This document shows, piece by piece, positions 1-13,089 of a stretch of 64,000 bases of DNA; position 1 is the first letter of the stretch, and the number at the start of each line of letters is the position of its first letter. The notes under the pieces are model-generated. The model was given only the letters and a program-made list of their open reading frames with translations. It was not told where the DNA came from and ran no database searches. The position numbers were made by a program, and so were the translations under genes. Origin of the DNA: Camelus dromedarius (lineage: Eukaryota). The stretch covers positions 34,040,001 to 34,104,000 of the forward strand of contig NC_087436.1 of NCBI RefSeq assembly GCF_036321535.1. Reading direction: 5' to 3'.

Positions 1-418
1 AAATTTAGGTTCTCATACATATTTTATTATAACAAACGAGTATTTCTACTTATTAAGGCATAATAATACATATTTATCTGTAATAAATGAGTATTTCTGT
101 GTACTAAGGCAGTGCATTACTTCAGTACATTAAATGCAAAGAAGGTTTAAGTGTTTAAGGGAAACACGTAAATAAACTTTAAATATTATATACACTTTGT
201 GAAAAAGTTAATAGCAAGTAATGCTGGCAGAAAGTAATTTTGGAATAAATATGATACTCAGTCATATATAATAGAGTGTACAGTTCTTTCAGCAAGATTC
301 TATGCTCAGTCTGCATTCTGCTTCCCATGTTCTGAACACTTTCCTTGACCACTTCTTTCTGCGTAAGATCCTGCCAGGACTCATGCTGGAATCCATGGAG
401 ATAGACTAAAGTGGATTA

Positions 419-544
419 AGAAAGGGAAAAAAAAGGAGAAAGAAAGAAGGAAAAAAGGAAGGAAGGGAAGAAGAGAAAGAAAAAGAAAGATAAGAAAGGA
501 AAAAAGAAAATAAGGAAGGAAGGAAGGAAAAAAGAAAGAAAAAA
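419..544. repeat. Purine-only (GAA/GGAA/GAAA) low-complexity tract
   Basis: About 125 bp almost entirely A/G; source of the F/S/L-rich spurious ORF 406..603. Confidence 0.9.
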
Positions 545-3128
545 GTGCACACATTATTTACATTAATAAATGTAGGTTGGTGGTGAATTTGATCAACATT
601 CAAGTATATTACATTTTTATTCCAAATTTAGTTTAAAATAGAAAATTTTATTTAAAATTGTGTTTATTTTCACAAGTAATTTAAGTGTAGTCATTTTGCT
701 CTTTACTGTTATAAAAGCCTTAAGAAAAGATTATTTTCATAGAGTATCTGAATATGTGTTGTCCCTTGTTTGATGAAGGATAGTAGTACATTAACTATAA
801 AAACAAATAGAGACAGAAAATATCTCGTCATGTAACCTGGTTTGAGCATTGAGTTATTCGATGTTTTGATTTGATTATCATAAGTATAAATAACTTAAAT
901 AAAAAGATATCAATAGTTTAGTGTAAGTAATAGAAATCACATTTGAAAAAAAATTTAAAGGGCTGTTGTCATTTGCGTTTTCATGATGTGACCTTCTCCC
1001 TAGTTAGCTCCAGGCACGTATCTGCTTCAAAACAATTCAAACTATTAGAGTAAAAGTGCAAAGGTAAAGAAAACCCCAAAATCAGATTATGCTATTACAA
1101 ATAAGAATTTTCAAGAAGATACTAGACTTGAAAGTCAAGCATGGCTGAGGAAGAAATTTGTTTTAAAATTTATTTATCTCTCATTTTAACCATTCAAGAC
1201 TCAAACTGTGAACCAGACAGTAGCAGGAAGCCCTGGGTTGATAGGAAGAAATAAACAGACACTGAATCCTGGCATTCTAGGGAGAATGTTGGGAAAGGAA
1301 GCTGTCAGATATATGTCCTGATTTCTTCTCTGAGTTTGGCCTTCAGCCGTAGATGTGTTAAGGAAGCTGACGATGAGGAGCTCTTATCCAGTTCTCCATT
1401 TGGGACACTTGAAAGGGTCTTGCACAGAGGGTCCTAAGCCTCCACGAGGGGGAGCATTACAGTTATGGAATGAAGTAAAAGGGGCCATATAGATAAATAG
1501 ACTCTGGAATGATCTCCCAAGCTTCTCTTGGTTCCCACGTGGTAAGAATCTGCTATGATGGGGTGGAGTGACTCGACCAAGGATCCAGACGCAAGAGGTG
1601 GTAGAGTCTGCAAAGCAGCAAGGGCTGAGTAAGCAGAGAGCTGTTGATGGAGTGAAGAAAAATTGCATTTTGTGTTCATCAGCCCCAGATGTCAGCAGCA
1701 TCTGCCAGCAGAAAACCCTGAGAAAGGACCAGGCAACCAAATACTGTACCAGGCATGGAACACCCACTCTGCAGTGGTCTGAAAACCGATAAGTATCTGA
1801 CGAATCCAAATACTCTCCCCCCTTCCCTTGTATGTTCATAAAAGCTCCCAATTGGCTCTATCCCCGAATTTAACACCATCTTTGAGAATATTAAGTGCAT
1901 GGGAAGAGTGGAAATAAGAGTCAAGCAGTCATTTTCCAAAGACTGAGTATTTTCTTAAAAGACAGTTACAATTATTGAATTGGGTTAAGTTTGAAACCAA
2001 ATTGGACTAAATGTAGCTTTTTATTTCCAACTAATCATAAAGGAAGCTGGAACTGTTGTAGATAAAATAAAACAAAGAAACTTTTTTCTTGTTACTCTGA
2101 TCACATGTGAGCAGCAGTGGCATCTCTGTGACACCAATCCAAGTGAGCATATAAAAGCATTGCTATTGCAGAGGTTACAGATTAGTGCAGTGCTCTAAAC
2201 TAGAAAGGGGAACTAGAGGGTGACAATTATCAATTTCCTTGGTCATATTGAACCCTTTTAAGCATTTTACATACATTCATTTTTCAATAACCCATTTATC
2301 ATTTTACACCTGAGGCTAAGAAAGTTTAAGTGATATACTTGGTCTCAAACTTTAAAATATTGATCTTGATATTCTTATAAACTGTTCTGCGAAGAGATTA
2401 TGTGGTACCAATCAATAACTTTATTTATATTCATATTTAATTCTTATATCATATTGTTATTAAGGTGGATATACTTGGATAATTCAAGATGCAGGCTTAG
2501 TTATGTGTGGAATATTTTTCTGTAATAAAATTCATGGTTGGAATCGAGTACCTCTGCCTATTACTTGATTCAGAATAAGTAGATGAATACAAACATGAGA
2601 AACTAAGATCGTAATCGTTAGGAAAAGAAGGCTGTAATTATTTTAAGCCAAAAGGACTATAAAACTAACTTTTTATAAAATTATGTAAAAACAAAAAATG
2701 TACTTACCTCTCCCCCAAAATTGGAACACAACTATATGGGAAGAGGGATGAACCAAATTTATCTGGAAGATTTTCAATTCCCTACAACATTAGTTAGACA
2801 ACCCATAAGCAAATCAAAATTTGTAGTAGTATAAATTTAATGCCCAGACAGCATGGTGGAAATGAAAATAACACCTATTGACTTTTATCTATACTAACAG
2901 AATATTTAAGACCTCACAAAATAACTCTTCAAATATTATTCATTTATTGAACCTTATCTCACCACTAAACGAGTTCTTAAGGGACCATGCCAGTACTTCC
3001 CAAAGTCTCTATTGTTGTGGAAGGCTCTTATTTTGCAGTATAATTTATTTGCTATAGTATCAATTACTTCATAATTTAAAATGTGTCTGTGTGTATGCAC
3101 ACACATACCTTCAAAATATTAGACTCTC

Positions 3129-3152
3129 AATAATAATAATAATAATAATAAT
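3129..3152. repeat. (AAT)n microsatellite
   Basis: Run of aataataat... read directly. Confidence 0.9.
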
Positions 3153-3799
3153 CATATAGCTGCCAAACATAGGTTTCAGGGCAAATACAAATTACTCTTA
3201 AGTATTTTACTAAATTTATGGAAGCAGAAGTATCCAGGCAAATTTTAAACTGACTACGGTATTCAGAGTGATCAGGGCTTAAGTCAGTGTTTCTCTGGGA
3301 GAAGTGAATAATTTCCATTAAAGGAGCGTCTCCTGTAAATTTTCTACTAGTATTAAATGTATTCAGTGTGTATATTAGGCTACTGTTACTGATTTCTCTT
3401 AAATCTAAAAAGGTAAGGTACAAACTGAATTATTGTGAAACATGAAAAATTTGTCTTACAAAGCATTAATGTAAGACAATATTGACATATCTCAGAGTTA
3501 GAGCTTTTGGAAATTAAGTCATCTGAAAACAAATTGGAAATATACTATGAAAACTATGATTTTTTTAAGAAGAGCAAAAATGTTTAGAAAAATAACTGAA
3601 ATAAACAAAATAATATTAGAAAAAAACTATTAACTCCACTAGAAAAATAACTTGTAGTTAGATCAAAAAAATTATTTTCCATTGTCAGGTATATTTATTT
3701 CTTAATTCTTTTGTAAAAGTAAAAACCTGATTCTAAATGAAAGAGAGTATGTAAGAAAATATTGTTTCTACTCTAATTTGAACTCTAAGGTAAGTAAAA

Positions 3800-3975
3800 A
3801 GTCCAGTGTAAAAATTTTTGGATTGAGACTTTGGAAACTGAATTCAGGTTCTGGTATCCTCACTGTGTGGCCTTGAATAAATACCTTACCCTTCTTACTC
3901 CAAAATCAGCAAAAGCAAGGTGTTTAGTTAGATTATCACCCAAGTTTCTCCCAACATTAAACTTCTATGACTCTG
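3800..3975 (+). mobile_element. MIR/MIR3 SINE fragment
   Basis: ctgtgtggccttgaataaataccttacc resembles the MIR core; 3' ttctatgactct resembles a MIR3-type end. Confidence 0.6.
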
Positions 3976-4779
3976 GGGCTTCCAAAGTCTGGAAGAATAG
4001 AAAATTGCAGCCAAATTACTTAACAGTGGAAGCAAGTGTGTAAGATAAAGGATTTTACTAAAGACAACCTCTAAACCTTTTATAGTTTGCTTATGGCAGG
4101 GGGTGTGGGTTAACAGTGAATCAGTAAATTTTAACTTAATCTTCTCAGACAAATATGGGAAACAAAGTACCAAATAATTTTTCCATTTTATTTATTGGAA
4201 TGCCATCCAGATGCACTCCACTACAGCACAACTCCATGGCTGTGTAGAGTGCAGCTGGTGATGGGAATGGCTCGGGTCCTGTGGTCTAATCCTTCAAGGA
4301 ACAGCCTAGCACACTGTGTGTATGTTGAGTCTTACTCTCTGCTGCAGTCATGCTCAAATTTAATATTTAAATGAAAAAAAAACATAAAACTATTTTTTTC
4401 TCTCTCACACACATACATACACATATACACAACTGTGTCTTCCAGATTTTGAATTCTGCTGAAATAACAGAGCCATACTGTTTAAAGATTACAAATCATT
4501 CCATTTACCATCCTCATAAATAAATGTCATTCCAACAAATGAACAAAGGATTCCAGAATGAAAGACATTCATGTTCGTATCATTATTATTACATCAATCA
4601 AGACATAGTAGTTTGGTTCTTTGAGAGATTCTTCAGTCATTTAATGAGAATTTACTTCAGTCTGTCCTAGGTCGTGGGAAGAGCAAGGTAGCCATGCCCG
4701 CTGCTATCAAACAGTACACTAATGAGAGAGACACACATATTAACAAAAAATGGCAAATCAGAAGAGTGAATAAGATGTA

Positions 4780-5225
4780 AATGAAAGAAAACTTGAACCA
4801 AATTCATGTAAATGCTGAAAGGAATTTAGTTTCATAAATTCAATGACTTCACACGTGATTTGGTTCAAGGCTCAAGCAGTGTGACCTGGAGTTGACTTTT
4901 CTCTTTCTGTTTCTTAGCTCTAGTTTCTCAGATGTTGGTTCTGGCTTCTTCCTTCATTACTACAAGATAATTGCCAATAAATCCCAATGGGTAAGAGTTT
5001 CTTCCCCTTCACCATTAAATAAATGTCCTTGATTAGCTCTCAGCTGCCCAGGTTTAAATGTGCCTACTTGAATCAACCACTGTGGATCTTGTGAATTCAA
5101 TTCCAAACAAATGACTGAGAATAAGGGGGGGGGAGGGTGGTATTATTCCAAAGGAAACTTCTGGAATTGTTATACAGAGAAAATTGATGTTGAGTGGCCA
5201 AGAAAAAAAAAAAGGCAAACGTCCC
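4780..5225 (-). mobile_element. Old MaLR LTR (MLT1J/K-like)
   Basis: aaaggaatttagtttcat...ggctcaagcagtgtgacc...gaatcaaccactgtgg resembles reverse-oriented old MLT1 LTRs. Confidence 0.55.
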
Positions 5226-5229
5226 ATTT

Positions 5230-5465
5230 AAGGGGCAGAGTGATTAAGAGATAAAGCTCTAAATGAGACTGGGATTAAATCCTGGTTCAAATTAAGAAAT
5301 GTTTTCATCTCTGTAAGCCTTCTCTTCATATGAGTTGAATGATGATAATACTAATATCAATAGAGGATCAATAAAATCATTAGAGGATTTGGTGACAATC
5401 TGCTAAGAGTTAGCACAGGCATAGTATTTAGTAGGCAGTTAGTTCATAAATGTAAACTGTAATTA
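5230..5465 (+). mobile_element. MIR SINE
   Basis: agtgattaagag...ctgggattaaatcctgg...catctctgtaagcct...ggcatagtatttagtaggc follows MIR consensus order. Confidence 0.7.
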
Positions 5466-5689
5466 CTGACTTCGTTTTCTAGCTTCTTTCTTTTCTGCAA
5501 CATGAACTCTGCTCTTATTGCCTTCAATGACAACTTAAGTTCAGCTATTGAATTTTAATTCCCTTACTGTATTTCCTTAACTCTGAAGCCCCTACTGTCA
5601 CCTTATTTTGAGATCTCTTTATATCATCCTTGCATCTCAACCTTAGCCTGCTTTCATTATGAATGTTGTGTCATATTTCATAGAGGCTG

Positions 5690-6032
5690 GATATGTTTAG
5701 GCTCAGTTATTGACAGTTAAAAGCTATCTCAAAATATTGATGGCTTTCAACAATAATTTTTTAATCCTTATGCTATATAATCACTTGTCTGTATTTGGAT
5801 CCACATGGTCTTCATGCTGGGAAACTGCTGAGCTTGAAGCAGAAGAAAGGTGAAACTGAAATATCTTTTCAAGTTTCGTTTCAGAAGTGGCTGGCACCCA
5901 TTACTTTTGCATACATTTCATTAGCTAAAATGAATCGTACAGTTAAAGCTTTTAATAGAGAAGAAATCTGTAAACCTCTGTAGGGAAGACAGTGAATACT
6001 TTGACAAGAGTAAATAATGAAATCTACCACAG
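5690..6032 (-). mobile_element. Old MaLR LTR (MLT1H/I/K-like)
   Basis: gatggctttcaacaata...tcagaagtggc...catttcattagctaaa...aatctaccaca typical of reverse MLT1 LTR ending in CA. Confidence 0.55.
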
Positions 6033-6290
6033 CAAGCAAGCTTTTTTTCTTCCTTTCTCTTTTTTGGGGGCAAAAACTCTCAACACATGAGAATCATTTA
6101 GAGGTATTTTTCAATCTAAATGCTACTCACAACACCTCTTTTACTGTGATTCAGTTCATTTCATGCCTCTATGGTTGATAAGTACTATCAGAAATGTCAA
6201 TGTGTAACCTTAATTATTGATTGATTGATTGATTTAACATGGGGTCCTATGATTGATCCAGTTCAGGATATACCCTTCTTCTTCATCAGT

Positions 6291-7300
6291 CAGTGGCTCT
6301 GAAAGTATGGAACATAGATGTCTGGGGGTCCTCAAACCCCTTTATAGGATCAACACTATTTTCATAATAATTCCAAGACACAAGTTACTTCTGTGACTGG
6401 GATAAATGTGTATTAATGGTGTAAAAGGGGGGGGGGGGGTAAAACTGGTTTTATGGTGGGCAATTTATTACCAATCAAGACACTTTATTACCAACCAAAA
6501 CATGCTATATTCTTGGTTCTTTTGTTCCTCTTTGCTACTCAAATTCTTTTGTAGTCCAGTTTTAATATATCTGTAAAGAAGCAGTAAATATTAGTAATTT
6601 TCTTAATCTGAACTTGAGCACACATCTGTTTAATAATGGGAAGTTCACATAAGCACCTCTGTCTATCGAAGTGTGATGGCTTTCTTGAGAAAAAGCAATT
6701 GCACAGTTGAGTCGTGATCTGAAGTAGCTATTTTTTTTTTTAATGGAAAACCATTTTTACTTGGAAGAATGACAGAAAAGCAGTGATTTTTGAGATTTGC
6801 ATATTTGGTAGGCATTTCCTCAAAAATTAATGGCGTGGGCCTGTAATGTTAAAGAAAACAACTAATAACACTTGTTTTCAATGACAAAAATCAAACTTTT
6901 AAGAGAAAAATCAAGATTTTGGAAGACTGCCATCTGTTGTCATAAGTTTGACAGCTTCCCAGTATTTCAAGACTTATGTAATTACTTTGGTCATGGTATT
7001 AATGAATATGATTTTCAGGTACGAGACAGTAAAATGGGTCAAGAGCTAAGAGATCTCAGCTTGGTGAACCAATATTTTCTAAATAACACATGCATGTTGT
7101 TTGTTATGTGTGGATAAAAGACCCACCCAAAGTGCAAGATCAACTAATGGAATTTAAATGTAACTGTACTAAAAGATAAATATTACGTTTTCATGATATG
7201 TCCACATCACAAATGATCTTTAAGAAATTACTTTCTGAGTTTTGTGTAATATCTGGGAAAAACATCCATAATTATCAGAAATGGCTATTTATAATTCTCC
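6291..7300 (+). mobile_element. hAT-Charlie DNA transposon (Charlie1-like), truncated
   Basis: Terminus cagtggctctgaaagtatgg...ctgggggtcc...actattttcataataat; ORF 6872..7117 (FWK...DSFP...VNQYF) resembles decayed Charlie transposase; contains a G13 run at 6427-6439. Confidence 0.8.
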
Positions 7301-8655
7301 TCACCTACTCTTTTCCCTAGTTCAGTTAGCATTCTCATTATTAATGCTTTGAACTCCTTATCTGGGAAATTATTTATCTTTGTTTCATTAGCAGTTTTTT
7401 CAGGGTTTTTTCCTTGTTCTTTTCTTTGAAACAAATTCCTCAGTCTTCTCATTTCCTTAACTTTCTCTGTCTATGAAATTAGTTGAAGTAACTACCTACC
7501 CCATTCTGAACAATTATCTATCCCTATCCTTGTGTGGGAACATCCCTATACAGTCTATGTGACCAGGGACTTTGTTGGGAGAGCTGGATATGAAGTGAGC
7601 ATGGATCATGCCTTCCCCCAGGGTGTGCTGGCAGCAGTCACCTTGGTGGGAGGTGGTGCTGGAAACAGAAGGGCTAGAACCACAGCCAGATGTGACCAAG
7701 TCTTCTCCTATTCTAAGTGACAGACGCTGCCCTATTGGGAGTGGCACTGGGTCCCAAGGTGCTGGAGTGGGATTGGGTCCCAAGGTGCTGGAGCAGGAGC
7801 CCTGAAGTTCAGGTCTGAGCTTATTCCATTCTCTCTGAGTGTTTATTCTTCCCCCTTCCACTCTCTGCACCTTTATCCCAGAGGGGATCAGCCCTGGAGC
7901 ATTTGGCCTGAGGGCACCCAGTGCAGGCAGTGGTGCATGCAGGGGTGGTCCTGGTACACTGGTCAAAGCTCCAGACCCCTCGAAATTTGCTGCCTCCATG
8001 AGCACCAGCAGTGGCTGCCCTCATCCCATTCAGATGCAAAGCTTGCTCTGTCCCCTATAACTGCACACCCTCCATGGCAATGGCAGCCTTTACTCTGTGG
8101 GGAGGTGCACTGAAACAAGAGGGCCTCAAGCAAGCACTTAGTGTGAGTCAGGGTGTGTGCTGGGGCAGTCACAGGAAACCAGTCCGGGTCCTGGGCAGTT
8201 TCAGTCCACTTCTTCTGCCTTGTTCTTGGGAGTAAGCAAGTGTGTGCACACTCTTCACGAGCAGTCTATGTATCTTAGAGCCCTCCTGTTGGTCCCAGTG
8301 GTTTTCAAACCAGCTAAGGGGAGTGTTCTTCCCAGTGTCAGACCCCAGGGCTTCGGTGCCCAGTGTGTGGTGTCAACTGCTCACTCCCCTGAGAGAATCG
8401 CTGAGCTTGTGCAATCCAATCCCCTTCTTGTGTGTCCCTTCCTAGGGGTGTGAATCCCAACCTGATCACCTCTCTTCCCCTCCCACTTGCCTCCATGTAG
8501 ATCTTTCTTTACAGCCATAATTGTATAAGCACCTTTCTGGCCATCTCCAGTTTGTTTTTAGTGAGAATTGCTCCATAGGTAGATGTATTTTTGTTGTGCT
8601 CATGGGGTGAGGTGAGCTCTGTGTCTTTCTACTCTGCTGATCAAGATCTGATCTT
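7301..8655 (-). mobile_element. L1 5' UTR plus start of ORF1 (old L1M-type), 3' part missing
   Basis: GC-richer block; the minus strand ends in an ORF1-like frame IMRMLTELGKRV; 5' terminus ...ggggtgaggtgagctctgtgtctttctactctgc resembles the reversed L1 5' end. Explains the dense ORF cluster at 7514-8675. Confidence 0.75.
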
Positions 8656-8986
8656 GATCTCCTGGAGTAACTCATTTTAGATCACACAATTGATGTCAGA
8701 GTTCAGACTAGAAAGTAGTGTTCTGATGCCAGTCCAAAAGCTAATTCACTTCCAGTCCAACATTATGCCTTCCTAGTAGTGATTCATTGCACCATGCTTT
8801 CCACTACATTCAAGCACCACAAATACTTTGTATTTGGACTTTGATACGTCAGCAAAGTGATTATGCCAAATGCTAACTTAGCCTTAGTAGTGTTGCCATT
8901 TTTGGACAGGAGGATTAGCCAACTGTTTGTATTGGAATTCACTGCTATTTTGTTACTATTTAACTTAAAAGACCAGAATAAATAAG

Positions 8987-9036
<50 letters not shown>
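8987..9036. repeat. (TAGA)12 tetranucleotide microsatellite
   Basis: Perfect GATA/TAGA array. Confidence 0.97.
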
Positions 9037-9038
<2 letters not shown>

Positions 9039-12000
9039 CGGTAGATATTCTATGACTAGTGATTAAAATAATTGGCTCATAAAATTAGTTCATTTTTGGT
9101 AAAGATAAAAGACCTTTGCACTTTTCAGTCTGCTACATCTAATAGAGTGTTCACAGTGTTCAGTAAGTTTTCAAGAAATTCTTGTGAAATTGAATTGAAC
9201 AGAGGTGAATTGAATTAAATTGAAGTGATGTGAACTGAAATGAGCTGAATTGAATTTAAAAAGTGAGCTACTCACATTGGAAATTGTGATAACTCTATGA
9301 GGCCACTAGGAGGAGATGCAATTCAGAACATTAAATTATTTCTAGGAAACCGCAAATGACAACTTTTCTCCAACCCTGAGTCTTATTGTTGAAATTTAAA
9401 CCAATGTTGTACATAGCATTCTAGAAGATGGGAATATGCAGTTATCAGAAATCCTTCTCTTGCTAAGTTAGGTAAAAAGATAATGTACCCTTTATTTTGA
9501 ATAAAAATATGCCAGAGCTAATGCATGACAGTAGGTTTAGTGCAGGAGCTGGGGGGTTGGGGGGATAGTCTGGAAAAGACCTTGAGAATGTCCTGCTATC
9601 CAAGAAAGATAACTGTCTTTCTTTTTACAATACTTTCCATTGATGGGAAGAACCTATCTTGGTTTGAATTCCATATAAACAAAGAAACAAACAAACCCTG
9701 CCTGCTATTAATCTTAGAGTGATATATACAACGCAGATGGTGGTAATGAAGGATGCAGTTGAATGCTTCTCTATAATTGAAAAGTTTTAAACTGTGTAAT
9801 TGCTGTACTATTTCATCTCATTCCCTTCTGTCATTTTAATAATGTATCTAGGACAAATAAAAAATGTCTATAATAAATTACTGCAAGAGTATACACTTAG
9901 TTTTCTCAAGCACAGATCTGATGAGAATGGAACTTTAATGATTCTGATTCTGCCTATTCAGACTTACATGGAATCATTAGATCAACAAAGCCAGCTGTTT
10001 TTAACTTCCATTAGGAGCCAGTATTAAAAATAAAGTAAATATTAAGTCTGAGCCTAATTCTATTTTACAAATATTGTCGTTAATTTTTTAAAATGCTTTG
10101 CTTGATTTATCTTTTTAATTTAACTTATTCCACTAAATTGTTAAATAGTTTTACTCCTTATTTTGTATGTCAAATAATATGCTTCTCCCTGGAAATAAGA
10201 TTCTTCGAACATCCCTTGCTACTTTACCCACTGCCTCTACTCTTCAAGGACTCCCAAGATATTTTGAAGAAATACTATGGTAGAACCACAGAGTGATTTT
10301 ATGTAAACTTACTCAAGCATTTTATAAAACTTCTACATGAAATTTTGCTCCTTTAGTAGGATCCTCAGAATTTGGCATGGTCCAAAAACTTGGGGCAAAT
10401 GGAGATGTCCATTCCTAACAGACCAGATTTCAGAACAGAAAGGGTGGATAGACTTTCTCAAAACTTAGTTTATATGCAAATAGGAAGAGAATGTGGAGAC
10501 GCGTACATTTGTTTAGAACCTATTGTTTGCCACACAGTTCATACATATTAGCATTTATGAAATAAGTGTTAACACAAATTGTAGTTTTAAAATCCTATAC
10601 TTGGCAAAGTTAAGAAATATTCTCAAATACTCTCCCTGCTAGGGTCAACATAGCTAATATTCAAACAATTTTCTGTCTCCTTATGCATGGCCTGTGTTGT
10701 TTTCTCCACTGTGCTCAGTCCTCAGTGGTCTTTAGAGTCTCCGAAGATTCTCTTAGCCCATTAGCCTTTGGTACTACCTGTCCAGTAGTGGGGTCCCTAC
10801 TGAGTGTTCAGATACAGCTCTCAAAGGCAAATGGGTATCTTTTTCTCCAAGAATCTTCTGACTTCTTCTTTTCCTACCTCTAGCCTCTGAAGACTACAAA
10901 TTCCATTTATATATTGCTCACTCATAAGCCTGACCCAGCTGGCTTAGCCCCTTAATTAGATATAATTACTTCATCTCTAATATTTTAGTATCCTTCAAAC
11001 TCTTTGCTCACAGGAAAAAGATTTTTTAAAGTTTTTTAAATTAATTTTTAGATGGTTTTAAATTAAATTTATTCATTTGATAAACACCTTGGAAAACTAT
11101 TTTAGGAAAAAAATTGTTATTTGGTAAATTTGAAATTGGAATTAATTCATTTGTAGCTTGAGCCCAAGGAGAATTTAATTTTTTTGCAATAGGAACCATA
11201 CATACAAGCAAGCTGACAGAAGGAAATAATACTCAGCAGCAACAGTGGTGAATCACATAGAAATTCAAATGCCCATAAATGTACAATTAGCCCATTCTGT
11301 ATTCTCCAGAATATCTTGATTAAAATCAAGCAAATCAACAAATGATCAACTAAAAAATTAATATCAAGGCACCTGAAATTATCAATAGTAATTTCTTGGC
11401 AGCTCTAAAATATCCTGATTTCCTGAAAACTTGTTACTGTTTTCCATGAAGTTTGTCCTGCCATTCCTTTCAAAAAATGTGTAAGCCCCTAATTCCCTGA
11501 ATTAAATACATTCCTGCTTGAATTATCTAGAGTAATTTGTTTTCCTGAACAAATTTTGACTGTTAAAATCTGCTTTGCTCTTTGTAATTGAAGCTATCTA
11601 CTGGATCACCACCTCACAAGTATATATTTACTATGTAATCACATAATTATATTCTTTAATGAAATACATGGCAAGTTCTACAACTTGGGTAGACATATGA
11701 AAAAACAGGATAAACAGACTAGCCAATTTATTTTTGATCATGTTTGGTTTTCTTTTATCGTCATCTACATTAAAGAGCTGTCTTCAAGACAAAATAGGAG
11801 GAAACTGGAATGTATTATAGTTCTCATGATTTTAATTTATACTATCTCAATATTTTAAAACACCTCTGGATTACTAAAAGGCTATATATCAATTAAATTC
11901 AAGCAAAAAACAAAAATTAATTTATTAACTAAAGTCATCTAAAGGCAGTAATGCATACTCATTGATTTCTTTCTAAGCAGAATTTTTCCATGTGCTGATA

Positions 12001-13069
12001 AAATTAAAATATAGTGTTAACTGCTTTAACATGTATTTCCAACATTATAGTTTCAAGTTTGGAAAATTTTTAAACCAGACAATATTGGCCCCTATTAATG
12101 ACAAAGATGCATCGTAATTACCATCCAAATATGATCCAAAATGGAAATATTATCACATCATCATTACTTTTTCACCCCTTTGTCAAGTGTTTTCAATATG
12201 GAAATAAATTTTCCCTCTGAACATTTTTTAAGGTGTTTTCACATCTCTTAATTGATCTCTCTGCCAATAGCCACTTTCTTTTTGGTTTTCCTTCCACACC
12301 ATAACCAGAGTAAATTTTCTAATCAAATTATAATTATATCACTTTATTCATCTAAAAAAAATGACTTCTAAGCAAAAGTCAGAATTGCCAGGATTACAAA
12401 CCTCCTGCAGTGCACATGTCAGCTACTCACCTAAAAAAGGCCAACAGTATTGTCGCTGTGAAAGAATATAGCTGGGTGCTGAGTGTATGATGGGAATCCC
12501 TGTCTCCTTTAAACATATTGTATTAGCTTTGCTTGCATATTTGTGAAATATTTGTCTAGTCTAAACTTTACTTTCCCTAGTCAGGGTTCATTTTTCTCCA
12601 CCTCTAGTTATAGGGAGATACTCAGGGAGACCCATTAAGGATAACATCAGAGCATGTTGGAGTCATAATGATCCCAGCACTGCATCAGAGTTTACCTGAT
12701 CACATATTGGAACTGGTGTATGTTTTCATGTAGAGAGAAGGAAAGAGAATTGTGCCCAGTTCATGCAGATCCTCTAACCAAAGTGACCCAGAGCTGGGGA
12801 GACCAGGACTTGCTTGAAGATAACCAAATACCACACAGAATTTGAGCATGAAATTGTCAGCTTTTCTGTCACTTAAAAATAAGACATGGAACTGCAGGGT
12901 TTATCATAAATAGATATTTTATAGGCATTTATTTAACAAAGCTCTATTTTTCATCCGTTTCTCTCAGCTTCCTCAGAAAGAGAGGAAAAAAAAAGAAAAC
13001 TTCCTGATCACACTTAAGAAAGATCATCAAAGTTAGTGAATTTTCTGAGAAGTGGAAAAGATAAATAAA

Positions 13070-13089
13070 TATATATATATATATATATA
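13070..13089. repeat. (TA)n microsatellite
   Basis: About 10 TA units read directly. Confidence 0.85.

Noticed and set aside
1384..1939. 155-aa and neighbouring ORFs
   Set aside because: No domain similarity or splice structure; the region looks like a decayed ancient LTR (family not assignable by eye)
2708..2781. Minus-strand 74-nt exon-like segment with a GAG|gtaagt donor
   Set aside because: The acceptor lacks a pyrimidine tract and neither open frame (GIENLPDKF..., ELKIFQINL...) is recognisable
7514..8675. Cluster of overlapping ORFs up to 163 aa
   Set aside because: They lie in a GC-rich L1 5' UTR where stop codons are scarce; no recognisable protein
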